DNA of 64,000 nucleotides, from positions 3,844,001-3,908,000 of the forward strand of contig OZ218953.1 in NCBI GenBank assembly GCA_965112735.1, read 5' to 3'. The notes beneath the pieces were generated by a model. The model was not told where the DNA came from, made no database searches, and saw only the letters and a list, made by a program, of their open reading frames with translations. A program made the position numbers and the translations under genes. Position 1 is the first letter of the stretch; every line of letters starts with the position of its first letter. Shown piece by piece: positions 60,001 to 64,000 of the stretch. Origin of the DNA: Phaeosaccion multiseriatum. Taxonomy: Eukaryota; Protista; Ochrophyta, other classes.

Positions 60001-63000
60001 CATGAAGGCTCAAGAGCACTTTCTTCGCTTGCGCCATATCTGCCCCCGCTATCACGCAAGGCCCTCTGCGCACCCTCTCCGTTCACCCTCTCTTCTCGCC
60101 TTTCCGTTTGTCTCTGTCTGTCCGTCTATGTTTGTCTCTGTCCGTCCGTCTGTCCGTCTCTCCGTGTGGTCCAGCCCAAGCTGGATTACAACGCGTCCAA
60201 CGCGTACTTCGGCTGCTTGATTCCCATGCTGTCGTACATCTACATGCGCAACTTGTCTCCCCTGCTGCGCACCACCTACTTGGAGCCACTGCACTCGCTG
60301 GGCAAAGTCACCCTCGAGACATACCTCATGCAGCACCACGTGTTCCTCACCAGCAACGCCAAGACTGTCCTGACGGTGCGGTGTGCGCGATGTGGAAGGA
60401 GGGAGGGGGAGGTGAAGGTCGCAGATTGATTGGTCCCAGGGGGGCAAGACACGGCATGACCCACCCTCCCCGCCCCGTGTGTGCTTCTCTCTGACGTGGG
60501 AGCTCTCTGTTGCTTTGCCCTTCCTTCCCTTCCCAACACGTTTCCTTCGTTTCTGCGTCTATCCCCTTTCCTTCCGCGTCTTTCCCCTTTTCTTCTGCCG
60601 AATGAATGCACAGCTGGTGCCCGGCATGCCAAAGGTCAACCTCCTCGTCGGCGGTGTGCTGTATTGGAACGTGTCCCAGCATCTTCACAACCTCACTCTC
60701 TTTATGCGAGGAATCCTTCTTCCCGACAATTTGAGGAGCTGCATCGTCAACCTGGTAAGATTGGGAGAGCCGGGGGGGGCGTATCCATTTGGAAACAAGG
60801 GTAGAATGAAAGAGTGGCAGAGCCCAGCACTGTCCTAACCGGGCGTATGATTTGTGGTCCATGCAAGCGTTGGGGTCATATGTGTACGGTCTTGACGCAA
60901 CTCTAGTGGTGTAGAGACGGATGAATTGAGGAGAGCGTGGTGCGCCACGGTGGGAGGATCCAAGCAGGGGTCACACACTGCAGCCAGAGCTACCACGCGC
61001 TTCTACCCCGTAACCTGTCTCATTCGAGTGCGGTGCCCTGACTGTGAGATGAATGCCCTTATTGTGTGTCCTTGCAGATGGGCATCGGGGGAACCCTTCT
61101 CGTGTGTCTGTTCTTCGGTCATGTGGTGCAAAGCTACGAGCTGGCGTGGCAGGGGGTGATTGGCTTCAGTTTGGTACTCGGTGTGGCCACTCTCATTGCA
61201 CTGCACCTTGCCCTCATCGCCCGAGAGAAGCAAGGGACCGTGCACGGCGGAACTGGGCTGTCTACTGGTGGCTCCCTGGAAATGGAGAAGCTCGGCGACA
61301 GGAAGACTGGGAATGCTAATGAGACACAGCTGGAGGGACAGGCCGCCATGGAAGGCGATGACGGCGACGAGAAAGCGGGGCTCCTCCCTCTCCCCGACAA
61401 GAAGGACGAGGAAGCTCTCGTTGAAAGCGAGCACTCGGCTTCCATTCCGCGCGGCCCTTCCAAGGCGCGATATGACGGCGGGCTGCTGAGACTGTCCAAC
61501 CTGTTGCCGGCTCTGGTGTTGAGCATGGCGAGCATTGTGGTGGTTCGAAAGGGAGGCTTTGGCATGCTGCTGTCTCACAGAGCAGGGGCTCCCGGCACCA
61601 GCGCCTCGGAGTGGGGTACTGCGCAAACGAATGTGTGTCTGAGCAATGTCAACAACGGCATGTGGAAGACCTCGTATGGGGCGTGCGAAGGACAAGCGGC
61701 CACGGCGGAAGGCTACTGTAACACGCGTGCGTGGAAGTGGATCGACGTGCCTGACCAGTGCAGCTACCACTTCATCTCGGAGGACAGTATGATGAACACC
61801 ATCAGAGGTGTGTGGTGTGGTGCATTGATAGATGGCAAGGCATGGCGTTCTAGCTGCTCTCCCTCCCTCTCTCTCTCTCTCTGATTCCTGTCTCTGTCCC
61901 TTCGCCCTGCTGGGTCCTTCTGCTGCGAGCAGGCCGCCACGTGAAGATCATCGGAGACTCCGTGCAGCGCTACGTGTACCTCGCCCTCTTGCGCTCTGTG
62001 GGAGTGATTGAGACCATTGACTTGAACAGCAACGAGGCCAAGCACTCGGACAAGGCTTGGGAAGGAAAGGTAAGAGCCGCGGCGGCAGGTGCCATCAACA
62101 CATACACGTACATATTCTGGACTCCCGCCGTTCTTCTGTGCTGATCCCTACGCTTCATAGCCTGACTTCTTCTCTCGACACTCCACAGGACGGCACGTCC
62201 ATCACATTTAAGTGGGCTGCCTTCGCGGAGGACATCAGTGGAGAGGTGAGGATAAGGATATGGCCCGGGCACTAAATAGTGCGTGGAAGGTGTTGGCAGC
62301 GGAAAATTCGCGTGAGTCGTCGTGCAGAGCCCGGATTAGAGATGGGCCTGGTTAGCTTCTCCAGCTGCTGCTGCTACTGCTGCTCCCGCTGCTGCTGCTA
62401 AGTATTACCCCACACACACACATCTCCCACACCCCTATACAGCTCGAAGCCATGGTGGGGTCCGGCGATAACCACCCGGCTGACCTCCTCATCGTCGGAG
62501 GGGGGCTCTGGGACGCCCTGCACGAGCACAACGCGCCGCAGTACGGCCGCACTCTCGAGACGGTGGCCAAGCACATCTCACGCGTGGGTATTTCTCTCAT
62601 ATTATCACAGTTCACTTGTTCCGGTGGGACTTTCTCTCTCTATCTCTCTCTTTTGCTATCTGCGCTGCACCACCGCGGTCGGCCCAAAGATCTGACCCCT
62701 GACCCTTCCCATCGCCTGGGACTCTCGCTCCCGATGCTCGTCGCCCTCCCCTCTTTCAGCTGCGAGAAGGCAAGGGCGTGCGTGTGGTGTGGTCACGGAC
62801 CACTGCCGTGGTGGAGGCGAAGCTTGAGAGCCCCAGCAAGAAAGAGTATCTCTCGGCCGCGCATGTTGCCGAATATACGGTAAGGAGGCTTGTAGGCACG
62901 CTCTCAGCTGCTCTTGTCTGGGAGAAGAGAAGTCAGAGGAAGGATGGCGTATTGCAGGTCGCGTTTGGCTTTCGTTTCCTGGCCACGGACCCGGGATTTT

Positions 63001-63283
63001 GTCTTGGCTTCTCTTGCCTTTCTCCTTCAGCCCCACCCCCCCCTCATTTCCTTTTCTCCCTTCCTCGCCAGGATGCTGCGGATTCGAGTGGTGTAATGAG
63101 CGCAGTGGATGCCGTTTTGGACGGCTACCGCATCACTTCGCAGCACACGGGCGACACGGAAGACGGCATTCACTACGCCGACTTCATCTACGACGCCTTT
63201 GCTCAGATTCATGTGGGTGTTAGTGCTGTGCTCTCCCCTCTCCTCTTGACATGTCTCTGTGTCTCTCTTCTCTCTCTCCGCCT

Positions 63284-63324
<41 letters not shown>

Positions 63325-63691
63325 AAGAGCTCTCTTGTCCCACTTCTCACTCTGGTTGTGCACCGCACCCACGACGTGACAACTTGCACAGGGAAACATC
63401 ATGCAAATCTTTGGGTGGGGCGCTCGGCGGAGAACGTCCGCCCTCGCCCCGCCGGTGCCTCCCTCTCGGCATCACCAGCGCATTCTAGAGCTGGAAGGAC
63501 ATCACATTGGCAAGATGGCCAACCCTTTCCTGGGGGCCCTCGTGGTCGGGGCTGCCTGCATCATGATTCTGTATATGGATGCCTACGTGGGTCTCACGAG
63601 GCTCGCCATGAGCACCATCGGGCAGCAGACCCTTGTATGGGAAGACGCGTACGGCCCGCTATTGAGCAAGCTCGGACGGCCTCTGCAGTAA
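57013..63691 (+). CDS. Cas1p/CASD1/RWA-family multi-TM O-acetyltransferase with a C-terminal SGNH-like domain
   Basis: LNREQTEEWKGWMQ|FLFLMYHY; R|VMITSYVWMTGFGNFSFF; WRLNFL; YILYYICPLHTF; EWYFRSSLDHW; LGKVTLETYLMQHH. It continues in frame to IIGDSVQR (61953-61961), GGGLWD and DGIH (63162-63173), and ends ..LGRPLQ*. Confidence 0.9.
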
Positions 63692-64000
63692 GCGAGGCGA
63701 GAGGAGGACAGAATAGGGGAACCGGAGCACAAGAAACGACAGCACACCGACCTCTCTGGCCGACATTGCTGACCCACATGGCAGCCTAGTCGTTGTGCTC
63801 TCGTCAAGTCTTTGCGCTGCAGCCACGCAGCTTGGGATCTTTGGTGCTGTTCTTCCGTGTGCTCCACTTCCCCACTCATGTAGGACAGCCATGAAGCCTC
63901 GTCTTTGTAAACCCTGTGCCTCGGGTTTCTTTAGCTTGTTCACTTGCTCTTTGGAGCTTGCATCTTCTTGTCTTCTCTGTTACTGCTGGCCCCATCCGAG

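Noticed and set aside
63940-64000. Possible 3' end of a minus-strand gene (..SDGASSNREDKKMQAPKSK*)
   Set aside because: Too short to support at the window edge.

Overview
Gene-dense, GC-rich, intron-rich eukaryotic nuclear DNA, most likely from a photosynthetic stramenopile (ochrophyte). Two genes carry bipartite plastid-targeting presequences. There are no prokaryotic operons, and I saw no CRISPR array, rRNA or tRNA. Most entries in the six-frame ORF track are exon fragments or antisense shadows, so I assembled about 17 spliced genes by hand from GT/GC-AG junctions. In order they are: a PNRC/Edc1-type decapping co-activator (3' part), an LRRC43-like LRR protein, a giant EF-hand + MABP + RanBP2-zinc-finger protein, a CSC1/OSCA channel, a Mus81-like ERCC4 nuclease with SAP domains, a CRTISO-like plastid flavoprotein, a HET-like::TrmO fusion, a sugar porter, IST1, mL45/Tim44-like, a SYCP2-like ARM-PH meiotic axis protein, C9orf78/Tls1, a plastid-targeted hypothetical protein and a Cas1p/RWA O-acetyltransferase with a C-terminal SGNH domain, plus several hypothetical genes. 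The most notable observations are: (1) two unrelated-TIR mini-elements in promoter-proximal gaps that share an exact 16-bp internal core; (2) the SYCP2-like protein; (3) several unusual domain architectures; (4) nearly identical ~286-291 bp spacing in four divergent gene pairs. All family assignments are motif recognition by eye and from memory, not database searches. Gene ends, especially 5' ends, are approximate.
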